Assembly: GCA_937928585.1 (NCBI GenBank)
Contig: CALEZK010000361.1
Coordinates: 1-51,022, forward strand
Source: an uncultured bacterium
Lineage (GTDB): Bacteria > Hydrogenedentota > Hydrogenedentia > Hydrogenedentales > SLHB01
Length of the DNA: 51,022 nt
Reading direction: 5' to 3'
A program made the position numbers and the translations under genes. The notes beneath the pieces are model-generated. The model searched no databases, was not told where the DNA came from, and saw only the letters and a program-made list of their open reading frames with translations. Positions 1-9,380 of the stretch are shown here, piece after piece; positions within the stretch are counted from its first letter, which is position 1, and each line of letters starts with the position of its first letter.

Positions 1-1037
1 GGTATGGTCCCGCGCTTTTCATCGAAGGGAAGCCCGGAGATTGGAATGCCGCGATATCCGACGCTGCGAAAGACAAGACCGCATGCGAGCGTTTCGAACT
101 CACCGGTTCCGACGGCACGCACAGTGTGGGCTTGACCTTCGAGGCGATTGCGCTCGAGCGTCATCGATTGAACGCGGCCATCGCCGTTGAGCGCCACGGG
201 GCTTTTCAAAAAGTGGAAAACAAACTTCCGCGCGCGGCCCGCCGAAGTCTTTTCGGAGAAGGCGCGGAGAATCGCGAGATTTTTCTGCGCATTCTGGTTT
301 TCGCGATCATCGTGCTCTGCCTGGCTGGCGGGATCCAACGCGAGATCCTCGTGGCGCACAATCACATCGCAATCGGCGAGTTCGCTCAACTCACGCGCTT
401 CGGGGGGTGTAAACTTCGCCTGAATGGGACCGCGACGGCCTATCAAGTGAATTTCCTTCACCTTGCTTTCGGCCAGGGCATCCAGCGCGTGCGCTGCGAT
501 GTCGGTGTCGCGCAGTTCATCCACGGTCTTGGCGAGAATACGGCTTACGTCCATTGCGACATTGCCCTGGCCGACAACGGCGACAACTTCCTGTGACAGA
601 TCGAACACGCGATCGCGGTAGTCTGGGTGTCCGTTGTACCAACCGACGAATTCCGTCGCGGTGTGACTTCCGGAAAGGTCTTCGCCGGGAATGCCGAGCC
701 GGTTATCGCTTTCGGCGCCGCTGGCGATCAGGATTGCATCGTAGAACTGCTGCAATTCTTCGATTGTGATATCGCGGCCGATGGTGACGTTTCCGAAGAA
801 GGCGCAGCGATCGTTAGCGGCGATCTTGTCGTAGACCTTCGTAACGCTCTTGATCTTCGGGTGGTCGGGTGCAACGCCGCCGCGCACAAGGCCAAAAGGC
901 GTGGGCAGGCGATCGAAAATATCGACCTGCGTAACTGTTTCCGATTTTAGAAGTGCTTCCGCCGCATAGAAACCGCTCGGACCACTTCCCACAATCGCGA
1001 CACGCAAAGGACGCTCCGCCGTGCCGATGCTACTCAT
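1..1037 (-). CDS. FprA / adrenodoxin-reductase-type ferredoxin--NADP(+) reductase (N-terminal about 345 codons; C-terminus runs off the left edge)
   Basis: Absent from the ORF track because it has no stop in the window. The reverse-complement translation from ATG (complement of 1035-1037) reads [100 protein letters not shown] and stays open to position 1. The GxGxxG motif and [10 protein letters not shown] block are typical of the FprA/AdR family. The + strand ORFs at 126-950 are antisense shadows. Confidence 0.85.
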   Translation of the reverse strand, partial: MSSIGTAERPLRVAIVGSGPSGFYAAEALLKSETVTQVDIFDRLPTPFGLVRGGVAPDHPKIKSVTKVYDKIAANDRCAFFGNVTIGRDITIEELQQFYDAILIASGAESDNRLGIPGEDLSGSHTATEFVGWYNGHPDYRDRVFDLSQEVVAVVGQGNVAMDVSRILAKTVDELRDTDIAAHALDALAESKVKEIHLIGRRGPIQAKFTPPEARELSELADCDVIVRHEDLALDPASQAEHDDRENQNAQKNLAILRAFSEKTSAGRARKFVFHFLKSPVALNGDGRVQSMTLERNRLEGQAHTVRAVGTGEFETLACGLVFRSVGYRGIPISGLPFDEKRGTI

Positions 1038-1229
1038 GCGCTCTCCCACATTCCGGTCCCCAACACGCTGCGGGGAACCGCATCCCAAGTGCCCAAGTAT
1101 CAGGAAGGAAAGCCAAAGATACGGGGCCACCGGGTACAAGTCAAGGGATTGCATGGTTTGCTGGCGCTGTGCAACTATTGGCCGCGACCGCGGCAAATCC
1201 CATACAAAAAGACGAGGAAGTAATTCGAG

Positions 1230-2192
1230 ATGTCGACAGCAATCTTACGCGAGGCCGATTTGACGAACGCGACATGGTACGAGGGGTCGCGCTACAGCTA
1301 CCCGATTCGCGGGGAGGACACGGCAGGCACGCTGGCATTTCTCGACGTATTGAAGCGCAAAGGCACCGAACCGCCACCCCACATTCATCACCGCGAACAT
1401 GAAATGTTTGTGGTGATGGACGGCGACACCGCGTTTCATGCCGGGAGCGAGAGCACCGTTGGCAGGAAGGGGGCCTTTGCCTTTTTGCCGAGCGGGGTTC
1501 CGCATCGGTTCGCGTTGGAAAGCGATTGGGCCAAACTTGGCATTGCGCTGACGCCGAGCGGTTTCGAGAAATGCCTCTTGCCGTTCAGCAAGCCGGCTAC
1601 GCACATGGGCGAGCCCCCATTGCCGGACGCGCCGCTGGACATCGCCGCGCTGATCGCCAGTTGCGCGGAGCATGAAATCGAATTCCTTCCGCCGGGGGCA
1701 GACCTGCGCACTGCGCCGTATACGCAACCGCAGGGGCTGCGGCCAATCGTTCGTCAAAGAAACGAGGGAGAATTGTTGAACGTACTCGGCATACCCGTGC
1801 ATGTAAAAGTCTCGAAGGTTGAATCCGGCGGCGCGGTATCCGCATTCATGACGACGGATCTGCCGGGGTACGGGCCGCCCTTGCATATCCACCATAACGA
1901 AGACGAAACGTTCCTGGTCATGGAAGGCAATTACAAAGTCCGTGTGGGTGATACGATGCACGATGTCGGACCCGGACAGTTCACATTCTTTCCGAGGGGC
2001 GTGCCGCACGCGTATGTGAATGCGGGTGATGCGCCGGGAACCTTGCTGGTCGTCTGCACGCCCGGTGGTTTTGAAGAATATTTTCGCGCACTGGATGCGC
2101 TGGCACGAACCGGCGCACCGGCAGAGGCTGATGTGATTCGCGTATCAAAAGAGCACGGGCTTGATATCATCGGCCCACCGATTACCGTGTGA
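1230..2192 (+). CDS. bicupin (two cupin_2 domains) protein
   Basis: 320 aa with two copies of the cupin metal motif ([26 protein letters not shown] and [26 protein letters not shown]). Confidence 0.8.
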   Translation: MSTAILREADLTNATWYEGSRYSYPIRGEDTAGTLAFLDVLKRKGTEPPPHIHHREHEMFVVMDGDTAFHAGSESTVGRKGAFAFLPSGVPHRFALESDWAKLGIALTPSGFEKCLLPFSKPATHMGEPPLPDAPLDIAALIASCAEHEIEFLPPGADLRTAPYTQPQGLRPIVRQRNEGELLNVLGIPVHVKVSKVESGGAVSAFMTTDLPGYGPPLHIHHNEDETFLVMEGNYKVRVGDTMHDVGPGQFTFFPRGVPHAYVNAGDAPGTLLVVCTPGGFEEYFRALDALARTGAPAEADVIRVSKEHGLDIIGPPITV

Positions 2193-2262
2193 CGTGCGCT
2201 TCGTTGCTCAAATCCGCCGCGCAGTGCGGCACCCGGACGAAATCCTCCCGGCTATTGTGTGC

Positions 2263-2808
2263 ATGTTTACGCGTTTTCAGGTGAAGCGCGTCGTCCAGGA
2301 TGGAAAAGTATTTCACGCGTATAAGGGCGCGCTTTATCCCGATACCATCACCCACGGCAATGCCGCCTCGCACGTTCTAGAGACGGCGAAGCAGTATTGT
2401 TGCGGCGCGGGCATCGATATCGGCGCGAACCAATGGCCTTTTCCAGGCGCAATCCCCATCGACGACAATTCCGGGGAGAATGCGTATGCGCTGGACCAGA
2501 TCGCTGATGGCAGCCTTGATTATGTTTTCAGTTCACACTGCCTTGAACATCTTGCGCGTTGGCAGGACGCCCTTCGTCTCTGGATTGGCAAACTCAAGCC
2601 CGGCGGTATACTGTTCTTGTATCTGCCGCATGAATCGTGCGCGCTTTGGCGGCCCGGCGCGCCGTGGGTTGGCGGCGCGCACAAATGGTCGCCGACGTGG
2701 CAGGTCCTGGCACCGTTTCTCGAAAGCTGCGGAATGACGGTTGTCGATTACAATGCCGGCCGCGACGACTATTGGAGTTTTCACATCATTGCCCGACGCA
2801 GGCCGTAA
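2263..2808 (+). CDS. class I SAM-dependent methyltransferase-like protein
   Basis: ORF 2161-2808. I prefer the internal ATG at 2263 because 2161 overlaps the cupin gene. GIDIGAN (motif I-like), DYVFSSHCLEHL and LKPGGILFLYLP resemble the Methyltransf_11/23 fold. Confidence 0.6.
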   Translation: MFTRFQVKRVVQDGKVFHAYKGALYPDTITHGNAASHVLETAKQYCCGAGIDIGANQWPFPGAIPIDDNSGENAYALDQIADGSLDYVFSSHCLEHLARWQDALRLWIGKLKPGGILFLYLPHESCALWRPGAPWVGGAHKWSPTWQVLAPFLESCGMTVVDYNAGRDDYWSFHIIARRRP

Positions 2809-3472
2809 ACCGGCGCGCACGCGCGCATCGCGCAAGCAGGCGAAGTTAATCTCCGTCGTCATTCCCGCGTTTAACGAAGAACAGAATTTGCGGCACATTT
2901 ACGAGCGCCTCGTAAAGGTGTTCGTTGAGCTTGATGAACGCCTGGAAGTCATATTTGTAGACGACGGCAGCAGCGACAACTCGCGCGCGCTGCTGACGCA
3001 GTTGCACGAAGAAGACCCGCGCGTGAAAGCAATTTTTCTCTCCAGAAACTTCGGGCAGTCGCCCGCGCTAAGCGCGGGCATAAAGGCCGCCACCGGCGAC
3101 GCTGTCGTGGTGATGGACGCGGACGGACAAGACCCGCCCGAAGTTGTGCCTGCGATGATTGCCAAATGGAAACTCGGCTATGAAGTGATTGGTGGGCGAC
3201 GCACGGATCGTCACGTTGATCCGTTGCTCAAGCGCGCCAGCGCGTTTGTGTGGTATCGGATCATGCGCCTGCTCGTGGGTTGGGATATGCCGGTCGATAC
3301 CGGCGAGTTCCGATTGATCGACCGTCGGGTTGCCGATGTGTTCTGCGACTGCCCGCAATTGCACCGGCTGGTGCGCACGCTCACGTCATGGCCGGGATTC
3401 CGGCAGACAACAGTCGAGTATGCGCACGGAAAGCGCCATGCGGGAGTGACGAAATACACCCTGCGATCATGA
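2741..3472 (+). CDS. family 2 glycosyltransferase, catalytic part (polyprenyl-phosphate sugar transferase type: DPM1/GtrB/ArnC-like)
   Basis: KLISVVIPAFNEEQNL..VIFVDDGSSDNS..VVVMDADGQDPPE..GYEVIGGRR..FRLIDRR..GVTKYTLRS-stop. The start is uncertain: ATG 2741 or 2753 overlaps the upstream gene. The ORF ends where the family normally continues into its TM region. Confidence 0.8.
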   Translation: MSITMPAATTIGVFTSLPDAGRKPARTRASRKQAKLISVVIPAFNEEQNLRHIYERLVKVFVELDERLEVIFVDDGSSDNSRALLTQLHEEDPRVKAIFLSRNFGQSPALSAGIKAATGDAVVVMDADGQDPPEVVPAMIAKWKLGYEVIGGRRTDRHVDPLLKRASAFVWYRIMRLLVGWDMPVDTGEFRLIDRRVADVFCDCPQLHRLVRTLTSWPGFRQTTVEYAHGKRHAGVTKYTLRS

Positions 3473-3759
3473 GCATCACCGGGTTTTCTCTGGTGCCTTT
3501 GCGAATGGCGTTTGTCGTCGGCGCGCTTGTTATTTTTGGCGCGCTTGCCGCGGGCGGAATCATTCTGTGGAATGGATGGCGGGGGGGCGCGGTCGATCTG
3601 ACTGCGCTCGCAATTGCGGGGTTGTGGCTTTTTGGCGGTGCGCAGTGCATTTTGCTGGGCATTGTCGGGGAGTATGTGGGCCGCACCTATATAGAAACGC
3701 AGCAGCGGCCGCTCTACGTGGTGCGCGATACGCTGGGTGTTGACGAACCGACGAAATAG
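3469..3759 (+). CDS. C-terminal two-TM segment of the same GT2 family, in a different frame (split or frameshifted gene)
   Basis: The internal ATG at 3469 of ORF 3250-3759 gives MSITGFSLVPLRMAFVVGALVIFGALAAGG..LFGGAQCILLGIVGEYVGRTYIETQQRPLYVV, the conserved tail of GtrB/ArnC-like GT2 enzymes. ATG 3469-3471 overlaps TGA 3470-3472 (ATGA). Confidence 0.65.
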   Translation: MSITGFSLVPLRMAFVVGALVIFGALAAGGIILWNGWRGGAVDLTALAIAGLWLFGGAQCILLGIVGEYVGRTYIETQQRPLYVVRDTLGVDEPTK

Positions 3760-3762
3760 TTC

Positions 3763-3796
3763 GGGCTGCGGCATACCCGCGAGATAGCCGCAGCCC
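3763..3796. terminator. GC-rich hairpin between convergent genes
   Basis: GGGCTGCGGC (3763-3772), a 14-nt loop, then GCCGCAGCCC (3787-3796), giving a perfect 10-bp stem. There is no clear T-run. Confidence 0.4.
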
Positions 3797-3936
3797 AAAC
3801 TGCGCGCACCAGGTTCACGAATAAATTCGCGATAGCGCTACGTTCAGACAGGCGCAGAATACACTTCACGCATTGGGTATATGTTAGTCGTTTTCTCCCA
3901 CGCGGCGCGCGCGCGAGACCTTTGGGACAGTCGTTC

Positions 3937-4752
3937 TCACGGTTGGAAAGGTGAACTGCATTCGACCAAAAAAGTTTCGTCGAGAGTATCGGCGCGAATG
4001 CCCAGTCTTGTCAAGGCGAAGTCGTATCGGACGGGATCGTGCGGCGCGATCAAGCGAAACGCGGCGGTAATCTCGCGCGCGGTGCGTATGTCGGCGGCGC
4101 GGCGCTCGGTGATGCCCAGCTGCGTCGCGATGCGGTGGATATGCGTGTCCACCGGCATCAGCAGCAAACGCGGCGAAACAAGATTCCATCCACCAGGATC
4201 GACTGCATCCGCGCGCACCATCCATCGGAGGTACAAGTGCAAGCGCTTGCACGCGCTGCCCCGCAGGGGCTCAGGCACGAGATAGTTTTTCGTCCCCGCG
4301 CCATTCAATGTGACAACGAACATGCCGAGCGCATTGCATACGTCCACATCATCCGCATTTATGTAGTGGCCGAGACAGGCTCCAAGGCTGCCGTGTTTCT
4401 CCCGAATGCGCTTTGCTCCGATCAGCATTGCCGCTAATTCATGTCCCGTGACGTAACGATGGCGAAAGCCTTGAAATGATGACCGGATCGTTCGCGGGGA
4501 TGCGGCAGCTAACCAGCGCGACGGCTGTGGCATTTGCGCGAGCACCAGTTCGATACTTCGAACAATCTGCTTCACATTGCCGAAAGCGAGGCTCGATGCA
4601 ACAAGGCCTACGATTTCCCTATCGGACGGATCGGGATACTCGCGCAAGAATTGCAAGGGGTCCGGCGAGACATATTCCGGTCGGTTCCAGCGCAAATAGA
4701 GCCGTTCCAAATGCGGATGAAGTGCCTTCATTCGTGTCGCCAGCGAGCTCAT
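3937..4752 (-). CDS. TIGR02757 / DUF2400 family protein (HhH-GPD-like fold)
   Basis: ORF 3937-4833, with the probable start at MSSLATRMK (4752). The blocks PDPLQFLREYPDPSDREIVGLVASSLAFGNV, KRLHLYLRWMVRADAVDPGGW, PVDTHIHRIATQLG and DPVRYDFALTRLGI match the family as I remember it. Confidence 0.75.
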   Translation of the reverse strand: MSSLATRMKALHPHLERLYLRWNRPEYVSPDPLQFLREYPDPSDREIVGLVASSLAFGNVKQIVRSIELVLAQMPQPSRWLAAASPRTIRSSFQGFRHRYVTGHELAAMLIGAKRIREKHGSLGACLGHYINADDVDVCNALGMFVVTLNGAGTKNYLVPEPLRGSACKRLHLYLRWMVRADAVDPGGWNLVSPRLLLMPVDTHIHRIATQLGITERRAADIRTAREITAAFRLIAPHDPVRYDFALTRLGIRADTLDETFLVECSSPFQP

Positions 4753-4881
4753 ATCCGGATCATATCCATTTTCGATACGCCGTTTCTCGCGCGGATGCCG
4801 GAAGATACACCCTTTTCGCGCGGACACGCACAACGATACAATGCGCTGGGCCTACACTTTGCTAAATGAAAGGACCTTTCA

Positions 4882-5742
4882 ATGTCGAAGGAAACCGGCG
4901 GAGCCGTCGTCGTTACCGGCGCATCGACAGGCATTGGCGCAGCCTGCGCGCTTTACCTTGACCGCATAGGATTTCGGGTCTTCGCCGGGGTGCGAAAGGA
5001 AAGCGACGGCGAGGCGCTGCGAAGCAAGGCCTCGTCACGGCTGAGCACGCTTCTACTCGACGTCACCGATGGCGAGTCCATCGCGGCGGCACGCGACACT
5101 GTCGCCGAGGTTGTTGGAGACGATGGCCTGGCCGGTCTGGTAAATAACGCGGGCATCAGCGTAAATGCTCCGCTCGAATTCATTCCGCTGGACAAACTTC
5201 GGCTTCAACTCGAGGTGAATGTCGTTGGGCAGATTGCCGTGACGCAGGCGTTTCTCGAAATGCTGCGCGTGGCAAAAGGCCGGGTAGTCAACATCGGTTC
5301 GACCAGCGGACGACTTTCCATACCCATGGGCGGGCCCTATTGCGCGTCCAAGTTTGCCATGGAAGCATTGAGTGACTCGCTGCGCATGGAGCTTTTGCCC
5401 TGGGGAATCGAAGTCTCGCTGGTGCAGCCAGGGGCCATTGATACGCCAATCTGGGAGAAATCGCTGGCAGCCGGAGACGCGCTGCTCGAATCGCTTCCCG
5501 CGCGCATGATGGAACTCTATGAACCGCTCGTGGAGAAAATTAAGAAAGGAGCGAGCCAATCCGCCAAAGGCGCGGTCCCTGCCCAACATGTCGCCGACGC
5601 AGTAGCCCACGCGCTGACCGCGCACAAACCGAAGACCCGATACCTCGTCGGGAAAGATGCGCGCATTCAAATGCTGCTCACGTGGTTGCCAGACCGCTGG
5701 CGCGATTCGATAATTCTGAAAATGATCGACAAAGCAGTGTAA
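4882..5742 (+). CDS. SDR family oxidoreductase
   Basis: VVVTGASTGIGAA (TGxxxGxG), NNAG, and YCASK (YxxxK). Confidence 0.9.
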   Translation: MSKETGGAVVVTGASTGIGAACALYLDRIGFRVFAGVRKESDGEALRSKASSRLSTLLLDVTDGESIAAARDTVAEVVGDDGLAGLVNNAGISVNAPLEFIPLDKLRLQLEVNVVGQIAVTQAFLEMLRVAKGRVVNIGSTSGRLSIPMGGPYCASKFAMEALSDSLRMELLPWGIEVSLVQPGAIDTPIWEKSLAAGDALLESLPARMMELYEPLVEKIKKGASQSAKGAVPAQHVADAVAHALTAHKPKTRYLVGKDARIQMLLTWLPDRWRDSIILKMIDKAV

Positions 5743-5772
5743 GCACGCGCTACGGACTCAATTCTGTTAGAC

Positions 5773-8700
5773 ATGCGCAACGCAGGTTGGGAATTTTGGA
5801 TTGACAGAGGCGGCACGTTTACCGACGTGATTGTGCGGGAACCGGGCGGCGCGCTTCGCACAATCAAGGTTCTGAGCGAGAACCCTTCACAGTACGACGA
5901 CGCGGCGGTGCACGTGATTCGTTCCGTGCTCCTGGAATCAAACACGATTCGGCCTGATGGCCGTATTCCGCCGGGAGTGGTGGAACAGGTCTTGATTGGT
6001 ACCACCCTTGCGACGAATGCGCTGCTGGAACGCAGAGGCGCGCAAACCGGGCTGATCATCACGCGGGGTTTCCGCGATCTCCTCGAGATTGGATACCAGA
6101 ACCGTCCGGACCTGTTTGCGCTCGAGATAGTTAAACCCAAATCGCTCGCGCATACGATTGCGGAAGTGAATGAGCGCGTTCTTGCGGACGGTAGCATTGA
6201 TATGCCGCTTGATCCCGCGGATGCGCGCAAGGCAATTGAATCGATCCGAGAATCGGGAGCGGATTCGCTGGCGATTGTGTTGTTGCACAGCTACCTGAAT
6301 CCGGAACATGAACTCGAGATTGAACGCATAGCCGGTGCGTTTGGGTTTCGGAATATCAGTTTGAGCCATCGCGTTGCCCGCGAGATCAAAGCGGTTCCCC
6401 GCGGATTCACTACGCTCGCCGATGCGTACCTCACGCCCGTGCTGCGCGACTACGTAACCAGACTTCGCAAGGAGCTCGGCCCGGATGTGCCGCTACGCTT
6501 CATGCAATCCGCCGGCGGTCTCGTGGATGCCGATAGTTTCTCGGGAAAAGACGCAATTCTCAGCGGCCCGGCCGGTGGCGTATCGGCGCTGCGCAACTTG
6601 CAGGAACGAACACCGTTCAAAAAACTCATTGGCTTTGACATGGGCGGTACATCGACGGACGTATCGCGCGTGGATGATGGGGCCGCGCTTGTATACGAGA
6701 AAGAAGTGGCTGGTGTGCGCGTGCGCGCGCCGATGTTTCGCATCGAAACCGTGGCCGCGGGAGGCGGAAGCATATGCGCGTTCGATGGACATCGCCTGGT
6801 GGTCGGTCCGCAAAGCGCGGGCGCTATCCCGGGCCCGGCGTGCTATCGCAACGGCGGCCCGGCAACAATAACCGATTGTAACCTTGTGCTGGGCCGCATT
6901 AAGGCGGAGCATTTTCCGGCATGCTTCGGACCCAACGCCAACGAACCGCTCGACCCTTTTGCTGCGCACAGTGCCTTGGAGCGCATCACCGACGCCGCAA
7001 ATCATTCGGCGCCCCGTAAAATGTCTGTAAAGGAAGTCGCCGAAGGGTTTGTGCGTATCGCAACCGAAAACATGGCCCGGCCCATAAAGGCCATCAGCGC
7101 ACAAGAGGGAATCGATGTACGCGAGTATGCGCTGGTCTGCTTCGGAGGCGCGGGAGCGCAGCACGCGTGTGCAGTTGCCGACGCGCTTGGCATCACGAAA
7201 GTTCTTGTGCACGAGTACGCCAGCGTTTTCAGCGCGTATGGAATTGGACTTGCAAACATCGAACAGAACGAAGTGGAGGCAGTCCTCCTGCCTTTGGATG
7301 AAAACGCGCCGACTCGACTCTTGGAATGCATGGATAGACTGCGGGCGCAGAACTCCCGATCCTTGATGAGACAGGGAATCGCGCCGGAGAGAATCGACCA
7401 CGAAACAAGCATCGAACTTCGTTATGCGGGGACGGACGCGACGCTGACAATATCCTACAGCGCAACCGGGCTGCGCGACGCGTTCGAGCGGATGCATGAA
7501 CGCACCCATGGCTACACGATGCCCGAACGCGGTGTCGAAATTCTGAATGTGCGTGTTCGGTCAAGCGGCTCTCGTCATGCCGATGCCGCCTCGTGGACGC
7601 GAACCGGTGAATCTGTGCGCGGCGGGATGTTGAACGAGCCACTTTCAGGACCAGCGTTGATTACAAGGCCCGACACGACCATCGTCATAGACCCAGGCTG
7701 GCGGGCAGAATCGATCCCAGTAAATCACGCGCATGTGGTGCGCTTGGTGCGCGAGGAGCAGCGTCCGTCGCTTACCTCGCTTGCAACGACGTGTGATCCC
7801 GTTTTGTTGGAGATCTTCAATAACCAGTTCATGAGCATTGCGGACGACATGGGCATCGCCCTCGAACGCACTGCGCATTCCGTGAACATCAAAGAGCGTC
7901 TGGATTTTTCCTGCGCCATTTTTGACTCTCTGGGGAGGCTTGTTGCGAACGCGCACCACATTCCCGTGCATCTGGGCGCCATGGGTGAATCGGTTGCCGC
8001 AATCCTCGCGGCGCACGGTGAATCGATGCGACCCGGCGACGTATATGCAACCAATGATCCGTATCGCGGCGGGTCTCATCTTCCCGATATTACGGTCGTT
8101 TCACCGATTTTTGATGATGCGGGCAATCGAATCTTCTGTGTGGCAAGTCGGGGCCATCACGCGGACATCGGCGGGATCGCGCCGGGATCCATGCCGCCCT
8201 TTTCAAAGACCCTCGAAGAAGAAGGGGTGGTGATACGCAATCAATTGATCGTGCGCGAGGGGAAATTCCGAGAGGCGGAAATTACCGGGCTGTTGCGTAG
8301 CGGAGCACACCCGGCGCGAAATGTACCGGAGCGGTTGTCCGATCTGCGGGCGCAGATCGCCGCGAACACCAAGGGCGCACAGCTACTCCATGAACTTTGC
8401 GCAAAGTATTCCGTGTCCGTCGTGCATGCTTATATGGAACACGTGCGCGCCAACGCCGCGGACTGTATGCGTGACGCAATCGCAGTGCTACCGGATGGCG
8501 AGCACTACTTCGAGGATACCCTCGATTGCGGCGCGCGCATCTGTTGCACGATTGCAATCGATCGCGATCAAGCACGAATCGATTTTAGTGGAACGGATCC
8601 CCAGCTCGATTCCAATCTAAATGCACCACCAGCGGTCACTACGGCCGCCGTGCTTTATGTATTCCGCACGTTGATTGCAAAGTCCATTCCGCTGAACAGC

Positions 8701-9315
8701 GGCTGCCTCGAACCCATACAGATTCACATCCCCGACGGATGCCTGCTGAAGCCAAAGTATCCGGCCGCGGTCGTGGGCGGCAATGTCGAGACTTCGCAAC
8801 GCGTGTGCGACGTACTCTACGGCGCATTGGGTAAACTGGCCGCCGGACAGGGCACAATGAACAATTTCCTTTTTGGCACGGAGCACTTCGGGTATTACGA
8901 AACGATCTGCGGCGGCGCAGGCCCAGGAAGCGGCTTTCACGGCGCAAGCGCGGTGCATACTCACATGACAAACACCCGCATCACCGACCCCGAGGTACTG
9001 GAGCATCGGTATCCAGTGATCGTGCGTGAATTTTCCATCCGTGCCGGCTCCGGCGGGAGTGGACGATGGCATGGAGGCGATGGCGTGCGACGGTCCATCG
9101 AGTTCCGCGAACCCATGCATGTGTCGCTGCTGACTGAACGGCGCGAAACGCGGCCCTTCGGTCTCGCAGGCGGAGCGCCAGGCGCACCCGGTCGCAATTT
9201 GCTTACACGACACGGCCAGACCGAAACGCTCCCGGGCCATGCAGCGTTCGACGTGCACCCGGGAGACATCGTCACCATCGAAACGCCAGGGGGCGGGGGA
9301 TATGGCGCATGGTGA
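5773..9315 (+). CDS. fused hydantoinase A/B family protein, 5-oxoprolinase (ATP-hydrolysing)-like
   Basis: 1180 aa. The N-terminal half is HyuA-like (WEFWIDRGGTFTDV..DMGGTSTDV). The C-terminal half is HyuB-like (DPVLLEIFNNQFMSIADDMG..NDPYRGGSHLPD). Confidence 0.9.
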   Translation: MRNAGWEFWIDRGGTFTDVIVREPGGALRTIKVLSENPSQYDDAAVHVIRSVLLESNTIRPDGRIPPGVVEQVLIGTTLATNALLERRGAQTGLIITRGFRDLLEIGYQNRPDLFALEIVKPKSLAHTIAEVNERVLADGSIDMPLDPADARKAIESIRESGADSLAIVLLHSYLNPEHELEIERIAGAFGFRNISLSHRVAREIKAVPRGFTTLADAYLTPVLRDYVTRLRKELGPDVPLRFMQSAGGLVDADSFSGKDAILSGPAGGVSALRNLQERTPFKKLIGFDMGGTSTDVSRVDDGAALVYEKEVAGVRVRAPMFRIETVAAGGGSICAFDGHRLVVGPQSAGAIPGPACYRNGGPATITDCNLVLGRIKAEHFPACFGPNANEPLDPFAAHSALERITDAANHSAPRKMSVKEVAEGFVRIATENMARPIKAISAQEGIDVREYALVCFGGAGAQHACAVADALGITKVLVHEYASVFSAYGIGLANIEQNEVEAVLLPLDENAPTRLLECMDRLRAQNSRSLMRQGIAPERIDHETSIELRYAGTDATLTISYSATGLRDAFERMHERTHGYTMPERGVEILNVRVRSSGSRHADAASWTRTGESVRGGMLNEPLSGPALITRPDTTIVIDPGWRAESIPVNHAHVVRLVREEQRPSLTSLATTCDPVLLEIFNNQFMSIADDMGIALERTAHSVNIKERLDFSCAIFDSLGRLVANAHHIPVHLGAMGESVAAILAAHGESMRPGDVYATNDPYRGGSHLPDITVVSPIFDDAGNRIFCVASRGHHADIGGIAPGSMPPFSKTLEEEGVVIRNQLIVREGKFREAEITGLLRSGAHPARNVPERLSDLRAQIAANTKGAQLLHELCAKYSVSVVHAYMEHVRANAADCMRDAIAVLPDGEHYFEDTLDCGARICCTIAIDRDQARIDFSGTDPQLDSNLNAPPAVTTAAVLYVFRTLIAKSIPLNSGCLEPIQIHIPDGCLLKPKYPAAVVGGNVETSQRVCDVLYGALGKLAAGQGTMNNFLFGTEHFGYYETICGGAGPGSGFHGASAVHTHMTNTRITDPEVLEHRYPVIVREFSIRAGSGGSGRWHGGDGVRRSIEFREPMHVSLLTERRETRPFGLAGGAPGAPGRNLLTRHGQTETLPGHAAFDVHPGDIVTIETPGGGGYGAW

Positions 9316-9317
9316 TT

Positions 9318-9348
9318 CGATTACGGGCGCGATTACCATTACGATTAC
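9318..9348 (+). repeat. three CGATTAC direct repeats at 12-bp spacing in a 65-bp intergenic region
   Basis: CGATTAC occurs at 9318-9324, 9330-9336 and 9342-9348, just after the TGA at 9313-9315 and before the ATG at 9381. Confidence 0.6.
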
Positions 9349-9380
9349 GGAATCGGTGAACGCTTTGGGGGGTCCTTTAG

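Noticed and set aside
126-950. + strand ORFs 126-596, 187-423, 554-769 and 627-950.
   Set aside because: They are antisense shadows of the minus-strand FprA-like gene, which reads open across the whole region with strong family motifs. Their products are Arg/Ala-rich with no motifs.
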